DNA of 64,000 nucleotides from an uncultured Gammaproteobacteria bacterium (GTDB taxonomy: Bacteria; Pseudomonadota; Gammaproteobacteria; UBA9214): contig CAVYZN010000032.1 in NCBI GenBank assembly GCA_963773065.1, forward strand, positions 315,526-379,525. The letters are read 5' to 3'. Shown here piece after piece: positions 25,238 through 35,125 of the stretch (positions are counted from its first letter, which is position 1; each line of letters starts with the position of its first letter). The translations under genes were made by a program, and so were the position numbers. Under the pieces are notes generated by a model. The model did no database searches. It saw only the letters and a list, made by a program, of their open reading frames with translations, and was not told the origin of the DNA.

Positions 25238-25667
25238 AGTGATGGCCGGCTCCGCGTGGTGATCGGGCAGATTAATCCAGCGGGGTATCGCTGACAAGGT
25301 TGCCCCCGCTACTGCGCGCCGGCGCGCGGCTCAATCCGAAGCGTGGCGCAGACATCACGGGACTGCCGGCATTGCGTTGCGCAACGACGGTACTCCAGGC
25401 GAACGCCCGGCGGGCAAGCTGGCATCTAGCCCGCCGCTGGCGGCGGACTTGTTAACATATCCCCGTCATTCTCGTGTATCCTCGGCGCACGCAACAGGTG
25501 CCGCACCGCGCCCCTGCCAATTTATCAGGCGATTGCCTGCCGGTGCCTGGCGTCTGAAGACTGGAGAGGATCCCCGCCGGTTATACAGGGATTGGCGACG
25601 GGCCGTAACGGACTCATTGGTCAGCGGCGGGTTTAACGGAACTTACCAGGAGGAAGGTGAACGCATT

Positions 25668-26338
25668 ATGTTGGAAGAACCGTATACAGTGCGGAACAGA
25701 GTAATGTCGTACGGATTGGCGGCGGCCGGCTTGCTGATTGCCGGCACGGCCAATGCCTATGATTTTGGCAATCCGGGGGAGCCCTCCGCATCGCCGGACA
25801 ACTATGCGGGCGGTGATTATTACCGCTTTCCAGGCATTGGTACGTCGGGTTACCTCGACCCCGGCTACGCGTTCTCCGCTACTGAAGGATATGGTTATCC
25901 GGGTTATGACGTTGGCGGTTATGGCCTGCGCGGCAATGGGTGGGGCGGCTACGGTTATCCTGGTTACGGCCTGTCCGGTTACGGTGATACGGGCTATGGC
26001 TATGGCTCTGTCCTCGGCGCCCGCGGTTATTACGCCCCCCCTCGGGTGCGCCGGAATCCGCTCCGGCGGCGGACCGGAACTATATCCGGCGGCTGGAAGA
26101 ACGAATCAGGAAACTTGAAAATGCCAACAAACAGTCGTTGCCTGCCTATGGTGTGCGGTACGGTAATTCGCCGTTACCTCCCTACAACGGCGGACACCCG
26201 GGTTACGAGGCGCCGGCGGCGGGTTACTTCGGACAGCCTGAAATCAAGGGTGCAAGTCCGCAGGGCGGCAATCATACCGATTACCCGACATACCAGCCGA
26301 CCTACGGTGGCCAGCCCACTTATCAGTTCCGGCAATGA
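25668..26338 (+). CDS. secreted Gly/Tyr/Pro-rich protein, sulfur globule protein-like (1-bp frameshift in C7 run 26035-26041)
   Basis: signal peptide ending GTANA; repeated GYGYPGY; the joined frame continues RRLEERIRKLE...YPTYQPTYGGQPTYQFRQ. Confidence 0.7.
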
Positions 26339-26517
26339 ATAAATTCCCGCCGTCATAACCAGGGCGCACGCCTGAGACGGGGTATGGCAATGGAAAGACA
26401 ATCACCCGGCCATGCCTTGTGCGCAGCGACTCCGGCCGGCGTTTCCCGCGTCCTTGCCGTCTGCGTCTGTCCGATCAGGCAGAGCCGGCCGGCACCACGA
26501 ACAGCCTGATGCCGGCG

Positions 26518-27501
26518 TCAGTCGGATCGCCCGCAGATGGCCGCGTCAGTGAAATCACCCGCCGGCTGGCGGGTGCGAATTTCGGTGCGTGTCCGCTCCA
26601 GCAACCCGCGCAGTGAGGCATCGCCCCCGGGGCGGCCGAGAGCACCGTCCAGCGTTGCCAGGGCGGTGTGGAAACAGCCGCGCTGCGCCAGCACCTCGGC
26701 GAGGTTGTTCCAGGCGGCGAGATAGGCCGGGTCGGCCTCCGTGGCCCGGCGATAACTGCGTTCGGCCGCCTGCCGGTCGCCGGCTTGATACTGGGTGTTG
26801 CCCAGCCCCAGCCAGGCGGTCGCGTCGTTCGGCCAGCGCGTCACGGCAGCGGCATAGGACTGCGCGGCGGCCTGCGCCTGGCCTGTTGACTCCAGGTCTG
26901 CGGCCGCCTTCAGGTAGACCGCGAGTGCCGGCCGCGCCGGCAGCTCCCCGGGGCGCAGCACGATGAGGCCCCAGTAGCCGGCCAGCCGCCAGGTCCTGAG
27001 GAACCGGGGGGCGGACATGACGTCACGGCGCGTGGCCCCCGAGCGCAGGATCAGCGCATCATCGTCCGGCTGATAACCGATGACCACCGCGTAGTGCCAG
27101 ACAGGATGGAAAGACAGGCCCAGATTCTGTAGGACCAGCACCGGGTGACCGGCCTTGATTTCCGCCAGCAGGGCGTGGATGTCGGGCGCGATGAGGTAGG
27201 GCATCCGCCCGTAGACCCGGGTGGCCGCCACCAGCTCGGCCTGGAGACTTCCCTGTCTGTCCGGCAGATAGACCTTGGCAACAAGCTCCCCGGGTGCGAC
27301 ATCCACGCCGCTGCCGCGCAGCACGGTGGCCAGTGCGGCCGGCCCGCACTGGTGCTCTGTCTGGGGGAAGAACGGCGTCGCCTCGAGTTCGACTGCCGTG
27401 TAGCGCGCATCTTCGGGGAGCTGGGGCGCCAGCACGGGCGTCATGCCGGCACAGCCACTAAGCGCCAGTGCAAAGACGGATACCGCGAGCCCGTATCTCA
27501 C
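26518..27501 (-). CDS. PA2778 family C39-like cysteine peptidase lipoprotein with TPRs
   Basis: lipobox LSGC; FFPQTEHQCGPAALA, WHYAVVIGY; C-terminal TPRs. Confidence 0.88.
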   Translation of the reverse strand: MRYGLAVSVFALALSGCAGMTPVLAPQLPEDARYTAVELEATPFFPQTEHQCGPAALATVLRGSGVDVAPGELVAKVYLPDRQGSLQAELVAATRVYGRMPYLIAPDIHALLAEIKAGHPVLVLQNLGLSFHPVWHYAVVIGYQPDDDALILRSGATRRDVMSAPRFLRTWRLAGYWGLIVLRPGELPARPALAVYLKAAADLESTGQAQAAAQSYAAAVTRWPNDATAWLGLGNTQYQAGDRQAAERSYRRATEADPAYLAAWNNLAEVLAQRGCFHTALATLDGALGRPGGDASLRGLLERTRTEIRTRQPAGDFTDAAICGRSD

Positions 27502-27525
27502 ACGCCCCTGCTGCGATCGCCTTCC

Positions 27526-27912
27526 TCACATCTTCGTGAAGATGTTGGTGACTCCGACCAGTTCCAGGATGATCAACACGACGAAGACGACACCGACGAC
27601 GACCAGCAGTCCATCGCCGCCGGCTGGCAGGCTGTCGAGGTGCGGTTGCAACTGGGCGATCTCGGCGGGAGTCAGGGCATCCACCCGTTGCTCGGCAACC
27701 GCGGGATCGATACCCATCTGCACGAGCTGTCCGCGCACGTCTTCGCGGGCCAGCAGTTCCTTAAGATGCGACACGCTTTTATGGCCCTCCTGGGCGGCAA
27801 TGGCGGCCGGGGTAGCAATGATCCCGGCGAGTGCCTGCTGGGGAAAGGTCGCCACGAGGAAATTGAACATCAGCAGATAAAGGCCCGCTTTCTTGATGGT
27901 TGTGCTGTGCAT
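27526..27912 (-). CDS. PA2779 family protein
   Basis: signal peptide; LAREDVRGQL, RVDALT, LPAGGD followed by a hydrophobic tail; adjacent to the PA2778 gene. Confidence 0.85.
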   Translation of the reverse strand: MHSTTIKKAGLYLLMFNFLVATFPQQALAGIIATPAAIAAQEGHKSVSHLKELLAREDVRGQLVQMGIDPAVAEQRVDALTPAEIAQLQPHLDSLPAGGDGLLVVVGVVFVVLIILELVGVTNIFTKM

Positions 27913-28012
27913 GGTATCTCCCTGTCCTGTCGTTAGAAAATGCCGGGATGGCGGAGCGTATTATAGCCGTATTTTTATCCCTGTAACCGGGGTAATTCGC
28001 CACCGATCCCGC

Positions 28013-29248
28013 CTACTCCACCAGCAGACCGAGTTTGCGCGCCAGCCATTTGGTCGTGGTCGCCTGGATCAGGATGGTCATGATGATGGCGATGAAGGTT
28101 ATGGAGGCGATGATTTCCGCCCCGGGCGCCTTCATGCCGAGCAGCAGTCCGGCCAGGGCGGCGGGGATCACGCCGGTCTCGCGCGTCCAGCACATGAACA
28201 GCAGCTCCTTGAAACTCCATTTCGCCCGCCGGTCGGGCAACGCGCAAAGAAACACGGCGGTGGGCCTCGCGATGAGCATGAATACGGTCACGATGATGAT
28301 GCCCCCCACGAGGTATTTGTTCATCAGGGCGAAGTCGATCTGCGAGCCGAGCAGGAGGAAGATGAACATGCGCATGATGAGCGCCGTCATCATCACGAAT
28401 TCGTCGAGACGCCGGTTTTCATCTTCCTCCATGCTGAAGCCGAAGGACTCCTTGTTGCCCAGCATCAGTCCGAAAACGAACACGGCCATGAAGCCGCTCG
28501 CATGCAGGTTGTCGGCGCCGAGAAAGGCGGCGATCATCGCCATCAGCGTCACCAGCGGCGCGTATTCCGACAGGAAATCGTACTTCTTGTGGCTGATGAC
28601 GAAATCCGCCGCATAGCCGAGGATGACGCCGGCGATGATGCCGATGCCGGCCTGGAGGAAGAAGTCGCCGAGCACGGATCCCATCGAGAACTCTCCGGTT
28701 CCCGTCGCCACCGCCAGCACGGCGAACGTCATCACGGCCCCGGTGGCGTCGTTGAGCGCCGATTCGCTCACCACCATCTGCGCCACGCGGTCGCGGACAT
28801 GTATCTGGCGGAAGATGGGCACCAGCGTCGCCGGGTCGGTCGAGGCGATGGCCGACCCCAGCAGCAGCGCGACGATCAACGGCACGCCGAGGACGTAATA
28901 GGCAGTAAGACCCGTGATCGCCGCCGTCACCAAGACGCCGAGCGTGGCGATGACGACGATGGTAATCCACACCTCCTTCAGAACCCTGAAACGCAACGAC
29001 GCGCCGCCGTCGAAGAGGAGGTAGCATGCCCCGAAGATGAGGATGATCTCGTTCAGCCACGAATCGGCCTTGAGCTGCACCAGGCCCGAGACCTCCGGCC
29101 CCAGCAGTATCCCGACCAGCAGGAAGACGACGATATCGGGAACCTTGAGCCATACCGCGAGCAGGCGGGAGAACGTGCCGAAGGCAATGAGGATCAGGAA
29201 GATCAGCAGGATGTTCTTGGCGATCTCGATACTGTTGGCCGTTTCCAC
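28013..29248 (-). CDS. CPA1 family cation/H+ antiporter (NhaP-like)
   Basis: LLFDGG, STDPA, ESALNDATG, about 12 TM helices; GTG start after GGGAG. Confidence 0.9.
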   Translation of the reverse strand: METANSIEIAKNILLIFLILIAFGTFSRLLAVWLKVPDIVVFLLVGILLGPEVSGLVQLKADSWLNEIILIFGACYLLFDGGASLRFRVLKEVWITIVVIATLGVLVTAAITGLTAYYVLGVPLIVALLLGSAIASTDPATLVPIFRQIHVRDRVAQMVVSESALNDATGAVMTFAVLAVATGTGEFSMGSVLGDFFLQAGIGIIAGVILGYAADFVISHKKYDFLSEYAPLVTLMAMIAAFLGADNLHASGFMAVFVFGLMLGNKESFGFSMEEDENRRLDEFVMMTALIMRMFIFLLLGSQIDFALMNKYLVGGIIIVTVFMLIARPTAVFLCALPDRRAKWSFKELLFMCWTRETGVIPAALAGLLLGMKAPGAEIIASITFIAIIMTILIQATTTKWLARKLGLLVE

Positions 29249-29582
29249 TTTTTTTCTCCCTAAGACGAGGCTGACGCGGATGAGCGGTGTCGGGGCACGC
29301 CCCGAGCGTGGTTTTTCTACCGGCGCATTATAACGACATGCCGATGGTAAAGCCCACAGCAGGCGTTCCACTCACGCGGATGCCGGGGACAAGTCGCATC
29401 CTCGTCAGCCAGGTTTACCTGACGGCGACGGGGTCGGGATATCGGGAAATGGTGTCGAAGTGCGTTTCTCATTACTATACGCAGGGAATGACCTCCGACT
29501 TCATTTGTCATATCGGGCATCGCGCCGACGGGCTCTATCCAGGCCCGGCGGTGACGGCGTTGCGCCGGCTCTCCCGGCGCCC

Positions 29583-30107
29583 GTGAACAGCCCGCCCGAT
29601 TACACGGATGCCCTCGATGTCGAGGGCACACAGGTGACGATCCGCGCGATGCGGCCGACCGACCGCGATATCGAGGACCAGTTCGTCCGGCGACTGACCC
29701 CAACCTCGAAGTATTACCGCTTCCATTCCGCCTTGCGAGTGCTCACCGTGCCCATGCTCGATCGTTTCACCCAGGTGAACTACCCGGATGAGATGGCGTT
29801 GATCGCGACGGTGCGCGAGGCGGAATCCGAACGGGAGATCGCGGTCGCGCGCTATGTGCGCACCCGGGAACCCGGCACGGCCGAAATCGCCGTGGTCGTG
29901 GCCGATGAATGGCAGGGCAAGGGCATCGGCCGCCGGCTCCTCCTGGACCTGCGGGACATCGCCTTCCGGGCCGGCTTCAGACACCTGGAGGCCCGCGTGC
30001 TACCGGACAACCGGCGCATGCTGCAACTGGCCAAGGACCTCGGCTTCCGCGTCAAACCCGGCGGCGATGATCCCAGCGCCGTCGAGCTGGGCAAGGACGT
30101 CGATTGA
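29583..30107 (+). CDS. GNAT family N-acetyltransferase (start approximate)
   Basis: YYRFHS, VARY, AEIAVVVADEWQGKGIG, NRRML. Confidence 0.87.
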   Translation: MNSPPDYTDALDVEGTQVTIRAMRPTDRDIEDQFVRRLTPTSKYYRFHSALRVLTVPMLDRFTQVNYPDEMALIATVREAESEREIAVARYVRTREPGTAEIAVVVADEWQGKGIGRRLLLDLRDIAFRAGFRHLEARVLPDNRRMLQLAKDLGFRVKPGGDDPSAVELGKDVD

Positions 30108-30308
30108 CCGAGCGGGGTCTGGCAATGCCATCTGCACTTCCTGTTAATATGGGCAGAATACTTAATTCCTGACACGGTGTGCTGACGGCAACCCCCCATC
30201 AGCACGGAATGTTTCTATGCTTAGTAGCAGTGAAGTGAAGATGCCGAAGCAGGGATTATTTCTTCACTTCACTGTCAGTATGAGTTATCGACAACAAAGG
30301 AGACTGTC

Positions 30309-30518
30309 ATGTCCAATAGCGCGTACAAAGTCATCGATGTAATCGGCAGCAGCGAAACCTCATGGGAGGATGCGGCCCAGCAGGCAATCGCCGTCGCCAG
30401 CGAATCGCTCCATAACCTGCGTGTTGCGGAGGTCGTCAAACTCGACATGAAGATTGAGGGCGGCAAGGTCGTCGCCTATCGCGCCCGCCTGAATCTTTCC
30501 TTCAAGATCGAGCATTAA
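30309..30518 (+). CDS. dodecin family flavin-binding protein
   Basis: YKVIDVIGSSETSWEDAA...YRARLNLSFK, 69 aa, AAGGAG RBS. Confidence 0.92.
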   Translation: MSNSAYKVIDVIGSSETSWEDAAQQAIAVASESLHNLRVAEVVKLDMKIEGGKVVAYRARLNLSFKIEH

Positions 30519-30758
30519 GGGAACTCTGATTAACCGGTCATTTCGAAGAACAGAGAATCGGGGCAAGCACAATAGTCGGTAATTTTAGTCGAATATTTGC
30601 TCCGACCCCGATATTTCGCTTGCGCGCCGGCGGTTTACAGGGCCGATCGGCGGGCAACTGTCACGTTGACGCGTAACCGCTCGAGGGCTACATTGCGGGC
30701 GCGAGAGGGATTGAAATTCCTGTCATTCCATTAGCAACCGAACTGAAGGAGACTATAG

Positions 30759-31346
30759 ATGCGCGGACTAGGCATTCCGGGTGGACTCATGATGGGCGCG
30801 TCATTGATCGTGTCGACGCTGACTGTGCAGGCGGCGGACGCGGCGGCGCCGATGACCGACGCGCAGTTGATCGCGAGCGCCATGACGGCGGCGCCGCCCA
30901 GTGTCGCAAAAGCGGCGACCATAGTAGCGATGGGCGGTGACGGCAAGATGCGCACGCTGCGACCCGGAAGCAACGGGTTCACGTGCATGCCGGACACGCC
31001 GGCCACGCCGGGTCCTGACCCGATGTGCATGGACAGGAACGCCTGGGAATGGGTGCATGCGTGGCTGGCGCATACGACGCCTGCAGCGGGCAAGGTTGGT
31101 TTCATGTACATGCTCGCCGGCGGGACGGATGCCAGTAACACCGACCCGTACGCGACCAAGCCGGACGCTGGTAATCATTGGATCAAGACCGGACCTCACG
31201 TCATGATCGTCGGCGCCGACGCGAGCTTCTACGATATCTATCCGAAGGGCGCCGACCCCGACACGTCGAGCCCTTATGTGATGTGGGCGGGTACGCCCTA
31301 CCAGCACCTCATGGCCCCGGTCAAGAGAGGTTCGAGTCGCGAGTGA
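30759..31346 (+). CDS. secreted hypothetical protein
   Basis: signal peptide; GSNGFTCMPD, PMCMD, GFMYMLAGG, WIKTGPHVMI. Confidence 0.75.
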   Translation: MRGLGIPGGLMMGASLIVSTLTVQAADAAAPMTDAQLIASAMTAAPPSVAKAATIVAMGGDGKMRTLRPGSNGFTCMPDTPATPGPDPMCMDRNAWEWVHAWLAHTTPAAGKVGFMYMLAGGTDASNTDPYATKPDAGNHWIKTGPHVMIVGADASFYDIYPKGADPDTSSPYVMWAGTPYQHLMAPVKRGSSRE

Positions 31347-31378
31347 AACGATGCGGGTCTTGAATCTTAGATAAACGC

Positions 31379-31459
31379 GGTCAGAGTCGATTGATCCAAT
31401 GAGTGGCGCTAGAAAATCGGTCATTGATAGCGTTAATCGGTAATCAATCGACAGTGACC
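31379..31459. repeat. small inverted-repeat element (ggtcagagtcgattga ... tcaatcgacagtgacc)
   Basis: 16-bp IR with 2 mismatches between convergent genes. Confidence 0.6.
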
Positions 31460-31472
31460 TCCATTGGTCCTT

Positions 31473-32009
31473 CTACTTGGTTACCGAGACAGGCGCCTTG
31501 GCGCAGGTGGTGAAGAAGTCATGCTCCTTCATCGCCTTCAGGCATTGGCCGCTGGTGTAGGTCATCATACCGCGGTTTTTGCTGGCATTGCGTTCCCCGG
31601 TTTCCATGTCGAGTAATTGCCGGGACGGGTTGCAGCCTTCCGCGTCGGTACACTGGTCCTTGTCTCCGCACACGCGCCGGACCAGTTGTTCGCAGGGGGA
31701 ATAGCCCACGATGCGGACGTCTTCCCACTCCTCGGCCTGCGGGAGCGGCATCTGGCGGGATTCCAGGATGGACTCGTTCGGAATGGCCACGCCGCGGTTG
31801 GTGATGAGGATGGAACCGTCCTGCAGGCGGTGCGCGCCGTCCCAGATCTGGGTCGTGACACCGCTCCGGGTCACCGTGGCGCGGTTGGTATACGGGTTCA
31901 CCGTCACCGTGCTGCCGTCCGGCATTTTGGAACTCCAGTCCGCGGCCGTTACGCAACACACCGGCAGCGCCAGTGTCGCCAGTAACAAGAGGCGTGTCAT
32001 AGGTTTCAT
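31473..32009 (-). CDS. secreted hypothetical protein, Cys-rich C-terminus
   Basis: signal peptide, WDGAHRLQDG segment, several Cys; normal coding bias. Confidence 0.7.
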   Translation of the reverse strand: MKPMTRLLLLATLALPVCCVTAADWSSKMPDGSTVTVNPYTNRATVTRSGVTTQIWDGAHRLQDGSILITNRGVAIPNESILESRQMPLPQAEEWEDVRIVGYSPCEQLVRRVCGDKDQCTDAEGCNPSRQLLDMETGERNASKNRGMMTYTSGQCLKAMKEHDFFTTCAKAPVSVTK

Positions 32010-32055
32010 CGGGTCAAGTTCTCCTGGATCGAGCGGACGCGAATGCAGTTTGCCG

Positions 32056-32553
32056 CTAATAGCGCCCGTGCTGTTTGGCGATGTAATTGGTCAGTTCCAC
32101 GTACTGCGCGTTCATGCCGCGCAGGATGCGGTGCACGGTGCGGATGATGGAGCGCATCACCTTATAGACCAGTTCCGGGTCCTTTTTTATCAGGCCCTCG
32201 AAGCTGGCCCGGTCCAGGCGGATGAGTTCGCAGTTGCCGATCGCGCGCAGGCTGGCGGTGTGCTCGATGCCGTCGATGAAGCCCATTTCTCCGACCATGT
32301 CGCCTTCCTTGAGCAGTTGCAGGGTGACCAGGGAACCGCCCCCGGTGCGGGTGAGCACCTCCAGCCGGCCCTTGGTCAGTACATGAATGGCGTCGTCCTT
32401 CTGGCCTTCCTCGATGAGGAAGCCGCCATCCTTGATGCCGCAGGAAGTGACCACTTCGGCGAGCAGCGCGCACTGCGGGTCGGTGAGCTCCCCGCCCAAG
32501 GGGGTATTCTTGATGGTCTCTTTGCTGACGATGAAATCTTCGCATGTGGTCAT
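32056..32553 (-). CDS. cyclic-nucleotide-binding domain protein
   Basis: LIEEGQ, GDMVGEMGFIDG, HTASLRA. Confidence 0.88.
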   Translation of the reverse strand: MTTCEDFIVSKETIKNTPLGGELTDPQCALLAEVVTSCGIKDGGFLIEEGQKDDAIHVLTKGRLEVLTRTGGGSLVTLQLLKEGDMVGEMGFIDGIEHTASLRAIGNCELIRLDRASFEGLIKKDPELVYKVMRSIIRTVHRILRGMNAQYVELTNYIAKQHGRY

Positions 32554-32674
32554 TAAACTTGGCTCCTGTATCGTTAAACTGAGTGGGGTGGCTCAATGCC
32601 GTTCGATCAGCCGGGCCGGTATTCCGGGTAGGGCGAGATACCGTGCGGTTGCTGATCCGGCGCCACCGCCCGGC

Positions 32675-33169
32675 TCACAGATTCCTGATGACCTGCATCA
32701 TGTCCAGCGTGGTGACGATCCCCGTCAGGGTGTTGTCCCGGGTCACGAACACCCGATGGATCCTTCCCCTGAGCATCGTCTCCGCCACCTCCTTCACGCT
32801 GGTATGTTCTTCCACCTTGAAGATCATGGGGGTCATGATATCCCGGACCTGGACCGATGACTCGGTACGGGTATGGAACATCCGCAGATCCTCGTGGCCG
32901 AGCTGGCGTTCCATTTCGTAGAGGTAGATATCGTGGGTGTCTTCCTTGTCTGCGGCGCTGCCCGGTAAGTTGCCGTGGCGCAGGATGTCCGTCATGGACA
33001 CCACGCCGACCAGTTCACCGTTCTCCGTGACCGGGGCGCCGGAGATGCTGTTATCGACCAGAAATCCTGCCAGTTCCTCCAGCGACCAGTCGGCGTCAAC
33101 GGCCAGCACTTCGCGGTGCATCACATCGCTGACGGTCATGGATCTGGCATCATTCTGCGGATTGCTCAT
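32675..33169 (-). CDS. CBS domain protein
   Basis: VSDVM, ISGAPV, VRDIM, IHRVFV, GIVTTLD. Confidence 0.9.
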   Translation of the reverse strand: MSNPQNDARSMTVSDVMHREVLAVDADWSLEELAGFLVDNSISGAPVTENGELVGVVSMTDILRHGNLPGSAADKEDTHDIYLYEMERQLGHEDLRMFHTRTESSVQVRDIMTPMIFKVEEHTSVKEVAETMLRGRIHRVFVTRDNTLTGIVTTLDMMQVIRNL

Positions 33170-33363
33170 TCTTCTCTCCTGTCTCGGCGTCTTTCGGATG
33201 GCCCCCGGGGACACGATGTACCGGCCGCAAACGGTACCGGAATGCAAGACAACGGAACCGGTGTTGGGTCTGTAGCCCGGCGGGTAGGGTGAATTCTACA
33301 ATAATTCCGGCCCGAAAACCCGGTTGGGGAGCGCCCGGCCCGGTTCCCGGATCGCCGGGCGGA

Positions 33364-34134
33364 TCAGGTCCTGCTCGCCTTGATCAGTTCGTAAGCCTCC
33401 CTGATTTCCCGCGTTTTCTCGGTTGCCAGTTTGATCATTTCCTCGGGCAGGCCCTTGGCGATCAGTTTGTCGGGGTGGTGCTGGTTCATCAGACGCCGGT
33501 AGGCCTTCTTGATCTCGGCATCGCCCGCGTCCCTGCCGATGCCGAGAATCCGGTAAGCGTTGGCGAGCGAATGCTTTTCCCGCTCCGGCGCCTGCCCGGC
33601 GCCGACGAAGCCAAACAGGTGTTCGATGGCGGCGCGGTCGAAACCCAGAGCCGCGCCGATGGAAAGCAGGATACGCTTCTCACCGCCGTGGATCCGCCCG
33701 TCGGCCATCGCGGTGGCGATCTGTATCTCGAGGAACATCTGCACGAGATTGCGCCGGCCATGGCATTCGTGCCGGAACTGCACCAGGACCTCCTGCAGGG
33801 GGAAGTCATCCTTCTTGCCCTCGTTGAACAGTCTGACGGCCGCCTCGCGCTGGCTCGGGTCAAGCTGCATGCGCGCCATGAGGGACTCGGCCGTCGGATC
33901 TCGCGGCGTCACCCGCCCGTCCGCCTTGGCGATGTGGCCCATCACCGAAAAGGTGGCGGTGAAGAAGGCGGCCTGGACACGTTCCTGCCGGCCGGGGTCG
34001 AAGGCCGCACGGCGCGTCGGCCGAGGTGCGGCCGCGGTCGAAATTGCGGCCCAGGATGGCGCCGAGCAGCGCGCCCAGGGGTCCGCCAAACATGTACCCG
34101 AGCGTTCCGCCGAGCGAGTTCCCCACCAGGTCAT
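33364..34134 (-). CDS. djlA: co-chaperone DjlA (frameshifts near 34120, 34020 and possibly 33900)
   Basis: GGPLGALLGAILG N-terminus, HIAKADGRV TerB-like domain, J-domain HHPDKL. Confidence 0.9.
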   Translation of the reverse strand: MTWWGTRSAERSGTCLADPWARCSAPSWAAISTAAAPRPTRRAAFDPGRQERVQAAFFTATFSVMGHIAKADGRVTPRDPTAESLMARMQLDPSQREAAVRLFNEGKKDDFPLQEVLVQFRHECHGRRNLVQMFLEIQIATAMADGRIHGGEKRILLSIGAALGFDRAAIEHLFGFVGAGQAPEREKHSLANAYRILGIGRDAGDAEIKKAYRRLMNQHHPDKLIAKGLPEEMIKLATEKTREIREAYELIKASRT

Positions 34135-34257
34135 GGGAAGCGATTATCTCCGTGGTTCAAGTCGGGTTAGAGTTTACACTCTCGGATGGCCGGCGATGCA
34201 GGGGTATAATTGCGGACCTCCCCGGTTGGGATGAAATGAACTATTCGAGGCGCCCTC

Positions 34258-34545
34258 ATGTCCAGATTCGTCGAAACGCTCAGACTCAAGGAACTCGCGG
34301 AAGAAGACATCTACTTTGCCAGGCGCGATCAGGAACTGATCCAGGCGCTGCATGAAAGAAACCTGGCCGAGGCCGTTGCCGCGGATACCCGAAAAGCGAA
34401 GAAACTCGCCAGGTCCTTTGAGAAGGAATACCGGAAGGTAAACCGCGCCTGTAAAAAGGAACCGCTGAAACTCATGTGGGCGATACGCCGGCTGATCGAC
34501 AGCATCCTGGCGGCATTTCACCTGGTGACGAAAACGCCGGAATAA
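34258..34545 (+). CDS. small helical hypothetical protein with an IF1-like EAEExxYF segment
   Basis: 95-aa ORF with GAGG RBS and upstream TATAAT; LKELAEEDIYFARRDQELIQAL. Confidence 0.7.
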   Translation: MSRFVETLRLKELAEEDIYFARRDQELIQALHERNLAEAVAADTRKAKKLARSFEKEYRKVNRACKKEPLKLMWAIRRLIDSILAAFHLVTKTPE

Positions 34546-34632
34546 GGCGGGGTCGGATTGCGCGCCGGCTGGCTAGGCCTGCCGGCCGGGACCGGCGCCG
34601 GTCGTCGCGCCCATCGCCCGTGCTTGCTTCGC

Positions 34633-35043
34633 CTATCTAAAGGCCGGCAGGGGGCTCTCCAGGTACCATTGCCCCAGGTCGGTGTCGTACTTCCATGTCT
34701 GCCTGTCCATCAGCGTCACTTCCCTCATGCGCTCTTCGTCGTAATAACCGATCTTCACCACGATCCAGGCCTCGGTCTCTTCCATGTTCATGGTGGTACT
34801 CTGGTATTCATAGGAGGTCACCCGGAACCGTTTGAGGGCAGCCGGATCCGGCGTCCGGGCGACGGAGCCCTCCTGTCTTCTGAAGGTGTTGGCTGCCTCG
34901 TAATCTCCCCAGCGGATGGCGTTTTCGTAATGGCGCGTGATCCGGTCGAGCGTGACGGTCTTCTTCCTTTCGTCCATGCTGGCGCATCCGCAGAGGAACG
35001 TGGCCAGCAGGAGCAGTGCGATGAGGCGGGGCATGGGCGGCAC
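34633..35043 (-). CDS. putative lipoprotein
   Basis: lipobox LCGC; YENAIRWG...QTWKY...WYL. Confidence 0.75.
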   Translation of the reverse strand: MPPMPRLIALLLLATFLCGCASMDERKKTVTLDRITRHYENAIRWGDYEAANTFRRQEGSVARTPDPAALKRFRVTSYEYQSTTMNMEETEAWIVVKIGYYDEERMREVTLMDRQTWKYDTDLGQWYLESPLPAFR

Positions 35044-35125
35044 CGGATGTGGGTTGATGAGCCGGAGAAGGATTCCGCCAGATAGTAAGGAAAATTCCGC
35101 TCCGATACCACTTCTCGGATCGTCG

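Noticed and set aside
29339-29586. Small ORF upstream of the GNAT gene
   Set aside because: No motif or clear RBS, and it overlaps the antiporter promoter region
30517-30540. IS end (agggaactctgattaa)
   Set aside because: No matching opposite end or transposase found
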